Part shown: positions 1-12,320 of the stretch, piece after piece
How the letters are laid out: every line of letters starts with the position of its first letter
How positions within the stretch are numbered: the stretch's first letter is position 1
NCBI GenBank assembly: GCA_965644265.1
Contig: OZ286459.1
Location: 101,866,001-101,930,000 of the forward strand
DNA from: Glycera tridactyla
Lineage: Eukaryota
DNA: 64,000 nucleotides
Direction of reading: 5' to 3'
Translations under genes and position numbers: made by a program
Notes under the pieces: model-generated
Seen by the model: the letters and a program-made list of their open reading frames with translations, nothing else
The model's database searches: none
Told to the model about the DNA's origin: nothing

Positions 1-249
1 AGAAGCGCAATTTAACCGACAAGGTACGAACTCCTACAAGCACACCTGTCTCTCTCGAGACGGAAAAGAAAGACAATTTTCTCCATTCTCGCCTCATATT
101 TCGACGAAACGATCGTGTCCAATCAGTCGATGAAAAATAAGTTCGAAACTTTCTCAATTTTTTTCATTGCAAAGTTGTCTGCTTGTCTCTAATATGGGAT
201 CTTCCAGGGATTTTCACTTCTTCGGGATCCCGGAGTTTCATCTCATTAC

Positions 250-412
250 GTTGGCTTCACAGATAAATGAAATGCCACATTGGGTGTCTGTGAATTTCTC
301 AGATTTTCACTCTGAATCGGGGGCCGTGAGGATGCTCGCTTGCCTATATCATGGGCGTCACAATATAGCACATATAGCGCTGACATGACCTGGACCTGAA
401 CTAACCAACCAA
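250..412 (+). mobile_element. SINE family A, degenerate copy
   Basis: TGAAATGCCACATTGGGTGTCTGTGA and CATGGGCGTCACAATATAGCAC..GCTGACATGAC with an AACCAACCAA tail. Aligns to the 36.2-kb copy. Confidence 0.6.
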
Positions 413-1548
413 GTAGGGCTTGAATTCTCTTTAACTAAGGCAAGGATTGGGCGGCATGTGATTTGATTCCATGGTCACATATTAACACGCCAGTAGTCAA
501 TAGATTGTAACAGAAAATCGTACAAAACCTCCATCACGAGAATGAGGGAAATCGCGCGAAAGACCACCTCTGTACGAATTTGACCGCATTTCATTCTGAC
601 GGAAGGCGTTATGGTGCGATATGCTCCAGGTAATGATACTCGGCAATGAACGATTCTTGTGAACTTATGATCTGTGACGTATGATCATGAGTTCTGATCA
701 CATCGTGCTTCATTCACGGCCTTCATGAACCTTGCTTTACTTTTCGTATCGACTCGTTTGGGTAGCCAGTTATGTGCAACTTTCATCAAAAGTCTAATTG
801 TGACAAGCACCTTTTCCGTTTTCACATCATTGAGCCAGGACTACTTGATGTGACGAGGAGGTGCACTAATTCAAGGTGGCCGTGAGCTGAGACGTTTCTT
901 GCCAGAATTTCGAATTCTTCACCTTTGCTCTGATTTGCACTCTGACTGCAAGAAGCTTCTGAAAAATACCCCTATCCATGCTCATTCTCGCGCTATAATC
1001 CATTGAAAATAGCCCGAAATGTGAAGAGATTAGTGAAATTGACTAAAAATTTCAGATTATCATAAACCAAGTCTTCTTGGGTGAACATGATGAGAAATGG
1101 TTTTGACCAACTATTTGGCTACGGGAGGCGATTTCTTGTATGAAAAGAATTGCCTGAAAGTCTATGACCCATCTTTAATTGGAGTTGGTATGTGGTCGCA
1201 TCAGTGAAAAGGGCAGTAATTTCAGCAGTATTTTGCCCATATATCATCGATTCATCCAAGAATTTCCCTAATTGTTTCCTCAAAAGTTGAATAATGATGT
1301 CTTCTTTTGAATCAAGGCAAAAAATACCCATGTGACCAGCCTAAATTTTGCAGGGAAAAATTCTGAAATTGATGAAATGTAAGATTGTTGATGGCGATTC
1401 CTTCATATGTCATCCGCACATTCATTGATTTTCCTTATCTGTCATTCTCACAATTTGCATAAATATATATCATCAGATGGCAGATAGAGATTCTCACCGG
1501 GCTGATTTGCTGCAAATTGCCAACACATCCACCCAAACAAGTATGAAG

Positions 1549-3240
1549 ATGAGATTGAGATTGAAAATATTTATTGCTCTAATGGAGGTGTCAAACAGAC
1601 CATATCTTCTCCACTCGAGAAAACACATTTACAAGTACTTGAGAATACAGACAGTACAAACAACGAGGCGCACAGGTACCAAACATGTTATTTCAAGCAT
1701 ATCACACACATGCACATCAATATGATCACTCTGAATGCGCACACACATGCACATGCACTCACACACACACATCCGCTCACGCACACACACTGACACTTAC
1801 TCCCTGTCACATACAACATGGGTATTTAGCGCTGGAGAACATTTCTAACACAGTTGCTGTAGATATAATGATAGGAAGAAGTTATAGGTGACATGATATG
1901 CTAATATTGAACAAGACTTCCCTAGAACATGAGTGATTGTGAGGAAGGGATGGTGGGAATAGTGGGCTGGGGGGGGGGGTATGGCTGGACTAAGTGTCCA
2001 AGCACTTTTGGATAGTCTAATGGCGCAGGAAATTGAATATACTGTATGAGGGTCCAGTTTGCTAATCTATAATCACACAAAGAAGGCTATATCAGCACAA
2101 GCAGCATAGTAGTTAGGTCTGTAAGGCATTACTAGTTATCAGAGGTCCACGCCAGGTGCGAGTCCCTGCATTATTGTCACACAATAAACAATCAACTGAA
2201 AGGATTGGTTTTTACATATTGTTTCAGTTTGTATTTGAACTGATGTATGTCATCAATCTCACGTAGGGCAACGGGAAGCCTGTTCCATTTGTTTGTTGTC
2301 CTCACAAAGAAATTTTGTTGTCCTACAGCAAGTCTAGCTCTAGGGACCAAGAGTTCCTTGTTGGTGCATGATCTAGTAACAATCACTGGCTTAGGCTTAT
2401 TGAGCATAGATTGATGATCATACAATGTGGCGGAAGTCAGACCAAGTGACATCTTCTTAAAAGCGATCAGACTATGTATGTCACATTCTTGCTGAAGTGA
2501 AAACACGTTGGCCTCTCTGTAGAGGTCAAGTCTGGGTGTCCTGCTGTCACATCCTAGGGCAGTTCTAATAGCCGCATGCCAGAAGACGTCCAATTTGACA
2601 CTCAAGTTCTGACCAAAGCCATCATAGACCACGTCTGCGTAGGTGAGCAATGGTAAAATCAGACTCTTCATTAAATAGATTGCCAGATTTCTACCAATCA
2701 TAGGTCTGACTCTTCTAAACAGCGACAGGCAGCTTCTCACCTTTTTGACGACATAGTCAATGTGAGATCCAAAACTTAAATGAGAGTCAACTCTAAGGCC
2801 CAAGTACAGGAAAGATTCAACTTTGTCAAATTTATAGATATTGAAGCGGTTTGATGCCAAATGTAAGCGTTGGCTTGTTCCAAAAATCATGGCTTAATTT
2901 TTTTTACGATTTATAGTGAGCTTATTGTCAAAAAACTATCGATCAAATGTTTCCATATCTGTGTTCAACACTGCCACCACGTCGGCCTCTGATGTGCCAC
3001 TGTACATGATGGCAGTATCGTCTGCGTACATGAAAAGCATGCTCAAGACTGTAATACTGGTGATATCATTGACAAATAAGACAAACAACAAAGGCCCCAG
3101 GATTGAACCCTGGGGCACCCCATAACTGATATCCTGATACGTCGACATGGATTTTTTGATCTTTGTGCATTGACTCCGGTTGGTGAGGTAAGAAGTGAAC
3201 CAGGACACAACAGATTGACGGAAACCCAGGTGTTTCAGTT
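1549..3240 (-). mobile_element. 5'-truncated LINE (L2/Crack/CR1-group): RT domain, C-terminus and ~640-nt 3'UTR
   Basis: The - strand reads LKHLGFRQSVVSWFTSYLTNRSQ..YGVPQGSILGPLLF..MYADDT..KVESFLYLGLRVD..WNRLP. The 3' end shows AATAAA (1570-1575) followed by a TTTTCAATCTCAATCTC tail. Similarity stops abruptly at ~3240. Confidence 0.9.
2192..3240 (-). pseudogene. Reverse transcriptase ORF2 fragment with two in-frame stops
   Basis: ORFs 2936..3208 and 2192..2890 are in the same frame. The 45-nt linker reads FFDNKLTINRKKN*A after a TAG at the expected W. I saw no frameshift over ~350 codons. Confidence 0.9.
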
Positions 3241-3254
3241 ATGCTAGTAAGACA

Positions 3255-3415
3255 CAATGAAGAGCTAATTGTGACCTTTTTGCACTCAGTGACCTTGAAA
3301 TTCAGGATGGCCACAACATAATCTTCAGGTGTCTTGCTATCGCCTAGGATAGTCCGTGCACCAAGTTTGAGAAGGCTAGCTCTCAAACTTCTGAAGTTAT
3401 CGTCTGGAAACCATT
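3255..3415. mobile_element. Fragment of a non-autonomous DNA-element-like repeat (possibly Helentron-associated/pearl-like)
   Basis: TGACCTT..TGACCTTGAAA..CCAAGTTTGA..GAAGTTATCGTCTGGAAACC motif series, which I recall from marine invertebrate non-autonomous elements. The family assignment is recollection, not a search result. Confidence 0.35.
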
Positions 3416-4907
3416 ATTTCAGCATGCTCTGCAATCTGATGTTTCACTTAGAAGGCCTTAGTTACAAAGTTCTCACCGATAGATGACTCAATCTCAGCTC
3501 ACAAACTCCTTAAGACGGCGTGTATCTGGCCCATCGGTTTGTCTAGATGAGGTATACAAGGCAGCTCAAACGAGATCACATTTATAGACACCGGAGATGG
3601 CGAATTGCGCAAGAGAAACGTGCCCATCACATTCAAAATTAGTTGATTTTTCACGAGGGTAAGAGATAGTTATCATAGCATATTTCACCTGGTGGCACAT
3701 GGGTAAACCCACCTGATATTTCTACTGAAGATTCATCCAGCTGATGAGGTACCCACCGCTTGAAGAGGATTCAATGGCGCCGCAAGCTAGAACCATAAGC
3801 AAATCAGTTAGTAGAGTCTTGAAATAAATTTAAATACCTGATCGTATGCTTGAGTGCACAGAAGGGTACGAGCCTTCACCCTGTGTTAGAAACACTGGTC
3901 ATATACAGATCTGTGTACTGAGTCACCCATCTGGACGGTAACCCTGGTCCCCATCGCATATGTTTCACAATAGACATTAAGTAATAGTACTTGAGATAAA
4001 GTAGCTACAGGGGATGACTATTGACCATATAGCTTTGCGAGAGTATAATGATGTTGCTGGCGGGTGAAAAATACATTAGGCAGATGATGCATCTACCCGG
4101 CCAGTGATGTGCACTGACAGATCAGGAAAGCTTTATTGGCCTCATTTGGACAACGAGCATCGCGGACCCATCTTCTAATCAACAGTCAGTCACTGACATT
4201 CCGTTTTGTTTGTTCGTACCAATAAGTATTGCTGGTACCATATCTTCATATATTGTATGAAGAACGGTTCAATTCACGGAGACAATGACCATCATGATGT
4301 GGCCAGTGATGAGAAGATGGATAAGAATCTCGTAGAGAGATGATGACACATCAAAAGTGACAGAGAGGCGAAGAGGATTGCTCCTTTTTTCAAGTAGGTT
4401 ACCAATATATTTTGACGCGTTTAGTGTTTGGTGAATCTGAATCACTCGATATTTACCGCTGGTAAGTTGCAATATCTATACATGAGCATATAAATATGAG
4501 CTGTTTGTATGAGTGTGTATGCATATCATGTTGTGTGCGCGTGAGTGTACGTGCGTGCGTGCCTGTGTGTGATTGCAGCCCAGATCTTCACAGACTTTGT
4601 TGGTTGAGACCGTCGACCCACAGGATAGATTGAAATATTCTTAGTGGCGTATCACTCTTCGACTCCATTCATACCTGATTAGGTGTAGTTGTGAAAGACC
4701 AGACATCAATTTACGGTGTATATCGATTACATCTAGCCCCTGAATTCAGATCCTCACATTGTAAATGACCCAGGGACTTACTCAACTAATCTACCAATTA
4801 AGGAAATAGAGAGCTAGGTGTTGTTCCCACTTGTCCCATACGTCTAATCAGTGGCCAGTTCTCCAGCACTATGATGTATTATCAGTGTCAGTATGACGCA
4901 ACAACAG

Positions 4908-4985
4908 AAAATTACCTCCCTATAAAGACCACCTCCCTATAAAGCCCACTTTTCGATGCGACCGAAGGCGGTCTTTATAGATTTG
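4908..4985. mobile_element. MITE family M, partial right arm
   Basis: 25-nt identity (ATGCGACCGAAGGCGGTCTTTATAG, 4956-4980) with 34965-34989, plus TATAAAGACCACCTC repeats. Confidence 0.75.
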
Positions 4986-5944
4986 ACGTCTTTCTGTGAT
5001 GACATATCCATATGGTGGACTGCTATTTAGTGACATCCAGGTTGGTTCCTCATCAGAGCTTAATCTCACTATGTTCAACAGATGTTAAGTGGTCATCAAA
5101 CGTGAATGCATAGCGTCACTGACAATTGCTCTCAGACATGGCTTATCCACATATCAGAGATCTGTGTCAGGCATGGGGCAAAATTTGACCATATCCATGT
5201 CTGTCACAATGTCCGACAACTAAATAGATCTTCATCTTATTATTAGTATTTTTTTTTTGGGGGGGGGGGTATATCCACGTGATGTTGTTTGTGTACCATT
5301 GATATCGTTTCCAGTTCAACAATTGAACATCCTGTTTTTGGAGATAGTTGATGTGACAAGCATTAACACTTCATCTTGAAATTGGCATGATCAGCTTCTT
5401 ACAGACTGCATGCTCAGATTCGGATCAGCTAGTAGGTTTTGATGGGTCACGGGCACGCTTTTCATAGTCACTCGATATATTTCCGAAGAGACATCATTAC
5501 TATGATTAGACTGGTGATATTGTGATATGAAATAGACCCCTCCCTCTTCCACGCACAAACATGCACACACATTGCTTTTCTTGGGAATTGCAGGCAAGTC
5601 ATTGGCTGCGCACTTCCCAACTGGCACGTATCGACAGTTAACCATCAGCGAACTCGAATGAAATACATTCCCAATATGGATGTTTTAGTCTAAACCGCAC
5701 GACTCAAGCTGAGGCACGCATCTCGTACTCCGATGAGCATATATCTACATCATGCCCCAGAAAAACTGCTCTCTATTCTAAATTTATCCTCTGTCACATC
5801 ATTTATTACAGACATTATTATTTGCTAAACATGTAGAATTGTCACCGGCCCAAAGTGGGCCTATCTAACTCAGAACTCCATCAAGGAAATTGCCTTATTA
5901 CACTGGAGTACTTGTTTTGTGTGATGGTGGTTGTTTATATGAAT

Positions 5945-6119
5945 TGAAACCTGCGACGAGAGACCACCCTAAATATCACCAAAAGGCGGTCTCTCAAAAG
6001 AGGTGGTCTCTCGTCGGTGGTGTATTTGAATATTTCAAATAGAAAAGCTGCCCTGAAAAAGCGGTAGCCCGTCAGAGGTGGTCTCTTGTAGGGGGTCTCT
6101 CGTCGCAGGTTTCACTGTA
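5945..6119. mobile_element. MITE (Tc1/mariner-pogo type, family M)
   Basis: Perfect 21-bp TIRs: TGAAACCTGCGACGAGAGACC (5945-5965) and its reverse complement (6094-6114), followed by CTGTA. Internal GAGGTGGTCTCT subterminal repeats. Confidence 0.85.
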
Positions 6120-6911
6120 TACATCACATTTATTCATACATCCATGTATACATACACCTATACATAGATTCACACACCATCTATCCACACACCTATACAT
6201 ACAGCTATACCAGATACCTCTGTACAAGCATATATTCATACACCCATACATATATCCACAAATACATCACTAGACACATTTATTCACGTGCCTATACATG
6301 CATACATTTATACTACATACCTCTATACACACATTCAAGGTGAAAGGATAAGGTGAGTGCTGGTCGGCGTTGTGCAGTCAGGGCTATGAGATGGTCGATC
6401 TGATACACCTACCACCGGGATTAAATAAAAAACGATATTTCATATGCCTGAGATATAACAATCAAGGATATTTTCCTCAGGTTTCTTATGATGTCGACCA
6501 CTTCAGCGAAGAATGTCCTCATATTTCGTTTTATGGAGTGACTTATAATCCACATACCTGACCATTCAATCATAAAATTACATATCATATACTCGAATCT
6601 ATCATGTCTGTCTTTTCAATTTGCCTGTCTCTGAGGTACAAGGGTTGGTTATAGCACACAAGACATTGCCTTTCGATGTCACCGGCCTGCTTCAGCATGT
6701 CTGATTGCATTTTCGGAACATAACTACTCAGCCCCCCTTCCCCTACATACCTGTAGTATTTCATCTCGCACCCGCATCGCGACGGTGACTCGCCTGGCCG
6801 TGTAGGTAGATTCGGTAAATGTTGTGATCTTGAGCGAGATGTGTCTAGTCAATTTGACTTTTCCCGCATCTGTATTGCTGGGAGCTGCAGTTATTCTACC
6901 TCACTCACCGC

Positions 6912-6953
6912 CACCTGCTGATGACTATAATCACCTGCTGATGACTATAATCA
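6912..6953. repeat. Perfect 20-bp tandem duplication CACCTGCTGATGACTATAAT x2
   Basis: Direct inspection. Confidence 0.95.
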
Positions 6954-7457
6954 TGTGTTGATCACTTCAAAAGCTGTTGATCCAAGAAAGGGTTATGCCT
7001 CTTGAGAATGGCAAATCTTTCGAAATGGTTGAGTGTTTAGATCATATCCTTGATTCTGGCATTTTCTCGAGAGGACTGGAGCTCAGTTTTTGTCTGGGGT
7101 TTCAAACATTGTACATTTGTCTGATATCGTCAGGGATATTTGGAGTTGATTTGAAATGAATAACATTTATTATTCCGGTAAAAAGATAATATTCGTCAAT
7201 ACACGGTATACCAATCATGCGAAATATCCCTTATATTGTTCGAAAGGCCCCGAATCATTGCATTCAGTTCCTGAATCACAGAAAGACCCAACCTTCTCTT
7301 TCAAGTGAGCAGACCCTTATCCGAGCAAACCCTGAGTTATAATATTGGTAAATAACGATACGTTGTCATTTGTGTCTGTCTGTCATTTCGTTTTTTCATC
7401 TCGTTGATTTCAGATCCCATCCGAGTCACTGGTAATCGCTCTCAATTTCCCCTTCTC

Positions 7458-7460
7458 CAC

Positions 7461-7544
<84 letters not shown>

Positions 7545-7552
7545 TACACACA
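7458..7552. repeat. (CA)n microsatellite
   Basis: Direct inspection. Confidence 0.95.
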
Positions 7553-8246
7553 TCCAGACCCAGATGATTATCTTGCCTAAAGTGAAATCATGTTGATTGA
7601 AGAAGGTGGCAGCCACATGTTGATACATCACCTCATAGAACATAGTTTTAAGTGTGCAGTTTCAACGTCTTACAATAAATCTGTGGCGATCAGCCCATCT
7701 TGATGAGGGCGAGCATCGCACCATCCCAAGCATCCCACTTCCTCGAATGGTTTGAATTGCCTGTATACCTCTCGTTCTCTCATCTTGAGATAGGCCATTC
7801 AGGTTGATCAATCCCACTGATCATCATGTTCAGACGTGCTTCTGATTACCTGAGAACAGTTCTTTGATTAGCTCTGAAAACCCTTGGAATAATCCACCTG
7901 TCTACCATGTCTGCATGTAACGTTTCGGATTTGTTTCTCTCCTCTCGTCAAAGACCTTCTGCCAAGATGCACCAACAATCAAGCGCCCCTCAAGTCATTA
8001 AAGCATTTTGCAGGGATATCTGCTGATTGTGGTATCAGAGTCCAGCTAATCAAATGATACTGCCTTCCAGAAGACAGAAACCCATACATATATTGATAGC
8101 TGACTGTTCGATACAAACAATTTTCAATCGAAATCTATTCTGAACGCATTATCGTGGCAACCAATCTCAATGATGAGTTCAAATCTGTGACACTCAAGCC
8201 TAGCACAGGACCATCAAAGGCTGCAGGGACACATATCTAGTAGCAA

Positions 8247-8785
8247 ATCACTGAGACTGTTTGGTTGGATGCATGGATGAATGGTGATGGATGCACGTAG
8301 GCATGGGTGGATATACAGAGGGACGGACGGACAGACATACAGACAAACGAACCGACGGACAGACAGAGAAACAGATAGAGAAAAAGACACAACCAAACAG
8401 ACNNNNNNNNNNNNNNNNNNNNNNNNNNNNNNNNNNNNNNNNNNNNNNNNNNNNNNNNNNNNNNNNNNNNNNNNNNNNNNNNNNNNNNNNNNNNNNNNNN
8501 NNNNNNNNNNNNNNNNNNNNNNNNNNNNNNNNNNNNNNNNNNNNNNNNNNNNNNNNNNNNNNNNNNNNNNNNNNNNNNNNNNNNNNNNNNNNNNNNNNNN
8601 NNNNNNNNNNNNNNNNNGAAACAGACAGTCAGATACTCAGACAGACAGACAGATCACTGAGACTGTCTGGTTGGATAGATGGATGAATGGTGACGGATGC
8701 ATGTAAGCATGAGTGGATATACAGACAGACGGACTGACAGACATACAGACAGACAGAGAAACAGATAGAGAAAAAGACACAGCCA
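8247..8785 (+). repeat. GATG/GACA compound repeat with a ~150-bp unit duplicated across a gap
   Basis: ATCACTGAGACTG..GAAACAGATAGAGAAAAAGACAC starts at 8247 and at 8653. Confidence 0.85.
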
Positions 8786-10039
8786 NNNNNNNNNNNNNNN
8801 NNNNNNNNNNNNNNNNNNNNNNNNNNNNNNNNNNNNNNNNNNNNNNNNNNNNNNNNNNNNNNNNNNNNNNNNNNNNNNNNNNNNNNNNNNNNNNNNNNNN
8901 NNNNNNNNNNNNNNNNNNNNNNNNNNNTAAGGAGGATTGCGGTCCAAGATGGCTGCCAGTAAGTGCAAGATTTGGCACAAAGTTGATAAAATCTCAGCAT
9001 ACAGAGCACTTGCAGCAACCAAAAATGTTTTTTCTGTAGAAAAAATAATTGCGCTCAGGTCGAGAAGGCTCTTGAACTCGCGAAACTACAAATTAATCAA
9101 AACTATGTCTGTGAGTGTGTATGTGCATGTGTGTACGTGTGTGCTTTCAGCCTTCATCATCGTATCTGGCTGCATCCGCATGTTCAGGTTAGACAGGTAG
9201 AGGTGTGTCTGATCTGTCAGCTACTACTTTCCGGTTCGACGTCATCTTGCATTCTGATGATGCCTAACTCTCATTAACCAGGATCGCTCGGCAAACAACA
9301 CACTGTGTTGTTACTTCTTTTTATAGACAGACAACCTTGGTAGAATTGTTCATTGCTCAGACTGGTGAGCGTCGATCTCCTGGAATGGCATCGGCCTCTC
9401 AATTGGATTCAACCATATGCAGTTCATGACTGTATCGTATTTTATTGTCTTTCATCGTATTGTCTGTCGGTTGATCGGGGATTGACATCTCCCATTGGAA
9501 TAATGTATGCCTTGAGTAAATAACGTGCAGTCAATTGCCTTGTATCGTTTTCCATTGTATTGATTTGTATTGTATTATATTATGGTTGGTTGGTTGGAGT
9601 TTGATTGCACGCATCATCATCCTACAGAATCGTGCATGTCAGGAGACCATTGATGATGAAATTTGAACTACTACTTGGTGACAGAAACATCGATGGTGAG
9701 CAAAGCCATGATCTCGAAGGCTTGTTTTCTCAAATAAGCCGAGATCGGGGCTTATAAAGCTTCCCTGAACAACAGATGGAAAGATTATGTGGCATAGAAG
9801 TACTGGAATGATCTATCCAAGAAATCTCATCTGATTCGTGGACCAGTAACTAAGACGGTCCATGCAAACAAAATCGATAAATGTTTGAGATGATACTCAT
9901 TTGTTCATCCATTCATTAATTTGATATTTCATTTATCCACTCATTCCAGCAATCATTAATTGCTCTCTTTCAACAATCTATTGAATACATTCACTGCAGT
10001 TCACAACGGGCAGTCATGGTTGCTTAAGAGTCTTGCCTC

Positions 10040-10085
10040 TATACACAGATGGTCTCTGTAGAGAGGTGGTCTTACGAACAGGGTT
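10040..10085. mobile_element. MITE family M fragment
   Basis: GGTCTCTGTAGAGAGGTGGTCTTA subterminal motif. Confidence 0.45.
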
Positions 10086-11004
10086 AATATCCATACCATA
10101 GTCAAGCTCAGAACAGTCAGAAGTCAAGTATGCTTACTTGAGTTTCAAGTGGTTAAGAGTGCTGGATTGCAGGTATTAGACGACCTATCCCATAGGCTTA
10201 ACAGGAAAGCACGGCGGGAGGTCTGCGGTAGACCTGCTTTACGTGCAAGTGTGAATGTGAAGCGGCAGTGAGTCAGTGAGCGAGTGAGGTAGGCAGCATC
10301 TGTTAGCACGTAGAGGAAGATGAGCGTCATGGTGATACCAGCCATCTAACTACCAGGAGCCTGCACGATGCCTCCACTCTCCACTGCCGTCCTCCTACCT
10401 TGCCGCATATATTGCCCATCCCGGTCAGCTCCGACGAGTAGGGCAGCTGGCCACGTTTGGTAGACCCGCTGGCCTTCTGCTTGACACGTGCCGGCTTGTT
10501 GTCCACCCGACTTGCTTTTCCATGAAGCCATCTGACCCGTCTTTCCCTGATCAGGATTACCCGTGACACTGGAGAGCTGCCGTAACACTCCTGTCCCTAG
10601 TGTATGACCCTATCGACCAGCTGGACTAGCGGTTCGTCAATTTTATTCACCTTTTCTTCATCCGAACCATTGTTATATCTGTTCATGATCTAAATGGTAT
10701 TAGCTGCTAATGCGTCGTGCCATCTTCTCTGGAATGATATGATATATCAGTTATAATTGACTGGCACGAGACAGGTGTGTTGTAATACTTGCGCTAGTCT
10801 CCATGCCTGAGCATCATACCGGCGAGAATATGACTGAATTTATCCCACCATCTCGAAAGCACATATTGATGGGATGAGCTCGAATCTCTCTTAGATAATA
10901 GAGGATTGTTCGGGTTATCGAGGCTAATAGGTAGCAATTAGTTCGCTATCAAGGTGGTCTGCTTACACTATCGCGATACTTTGAAGGTCGGTCAGTCTGT
11001 CTGT

Positions 11005-12320
11005 AGCCAGGGGGATGGGTAGGTACCTACCGTTGGTCGATAGGTCGAAAGAGAGCTCGATAGAAACGTTGGAGGAGGAGTAGACACGTACGTTGTCAGG
11101 TAGGTAGAGAGATAGCCGGAAGCTGGGTGAGTAGGTAGGTGAGTAGGTGGGTAGGTTGGTTGGTAGTAGGTAGTAGTAGGTGGGTAGGTAGTTGAGTAGG
11201 TCTTAAGGTAGGCAGGTGAGTAGGTAGGTATGTAAGTGGGTTAGTAGGTAGGTAGGCAGGTGAGTAGATGAGTAGGTAGGTAGATAGGTTAGTAGGCAGG
11301 CAGGTATGTGGACGGATTGGTATTGAGGTAGGTGGATAGAGTGGTAGCAATGCAGATGGGTGGTTCGGTAGGTAAATAGGTAGATAGGTAGATAGGTAAG
11401 TAGGTGGATAAGCGGACGGGTATAAAGCCATTATGGCCACCCAGTCCAGAATCAAATATTTTTTCTATTGTCTATTGTCTATTAAGACAAGTAGTTAGAG
11501 AGTCAGAAAATGAGTAGATAGGTTGGTAGGACAGGAAGTAGATAGGTAGGTAGGTAGACGGATGGGTGAGAAGTTGGGTGGATATATGACCAGAAATGTA
11601 GGTAGATGGGTAGGAAGGTGGATAGCAGAATTATGGCCCGGAAGATAGGCAGATAGTTGTTGCAAGGTAGATGGATGGCAGGNNNNNNNNNNNNNNNNNN
11701 NNNNNNNNNNNNNNNNNNNNNNNNNNNNNNNNNNNNNNNNNNNNNNNNNNNNNNNNNNNNNNNNNNNNNNNNNNNNNNNNNNNNNNNNNNNNNNNNNNNN
11801 NNNNNNNNNNNNNNNNNNNNNNNNNNNNNNNNNNNNNNNNNNNNNNNNNNNNNNNNNNNNNNNNNNNNNNNNNNNNNNNNNNNNNNNNNNNNNNNNNNNN
11901 NNNNNNNNNNNNNNNNNNNNNNNNNNNNNNNNNNNNNNNNNNNNNNNNNNNNNNNNNNNNNNNNNNNNNNNNNNNNNNNNNNNNNNNNNNNTGAGTAGGT
12001 AGGTGGGTAAGTGGGTGGTAGGTAGGTGGGTAGGTAAGTAGGTAGGTAGGCAGGTAAGTATGTACGTAGGTAGGCAGGTGAGTATGTATGTAGGTAGACG
12101 GATGGGTGAGAAGGTGGGTGGATATATGACTAGAAATGTAGGTCGATGGGTAAGTAGGTCAGTAGGTAGGTGGATAGCAAAATTATGGCCTGGAAGATAG
12201 GCAGATAGTGGTAGCAAGGTAGATGGACGGCAGGTAGGTTGGTGAATTGATAGATAAATAGGTGGATAGGTAGAGTAAGTAAATAAGTAGGTAGGCAGGC
12301 AGGCAGGTGAGTAGGTATCC
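11005..12320 (+). repeat. (GGTA/GGTG/GATA)n low-complexity array with an internal ~140-bp block duplicated at 540-bp spacing
   Basis: The block GTAGACGGATGGGTGAGAAG..AATTATGGCC..GAAGATAGGCAGATAG occurs at ~11551 and ~12091, on either side of an N gap. Confidence 0.9.

Noticed and set aside
1540-3265. ATGAAGA near both LINE ends as a target-site duplication
   Set aside because: The 7-mer on the 5' side lies ~18 nt away from the junction, so it is probably chance.
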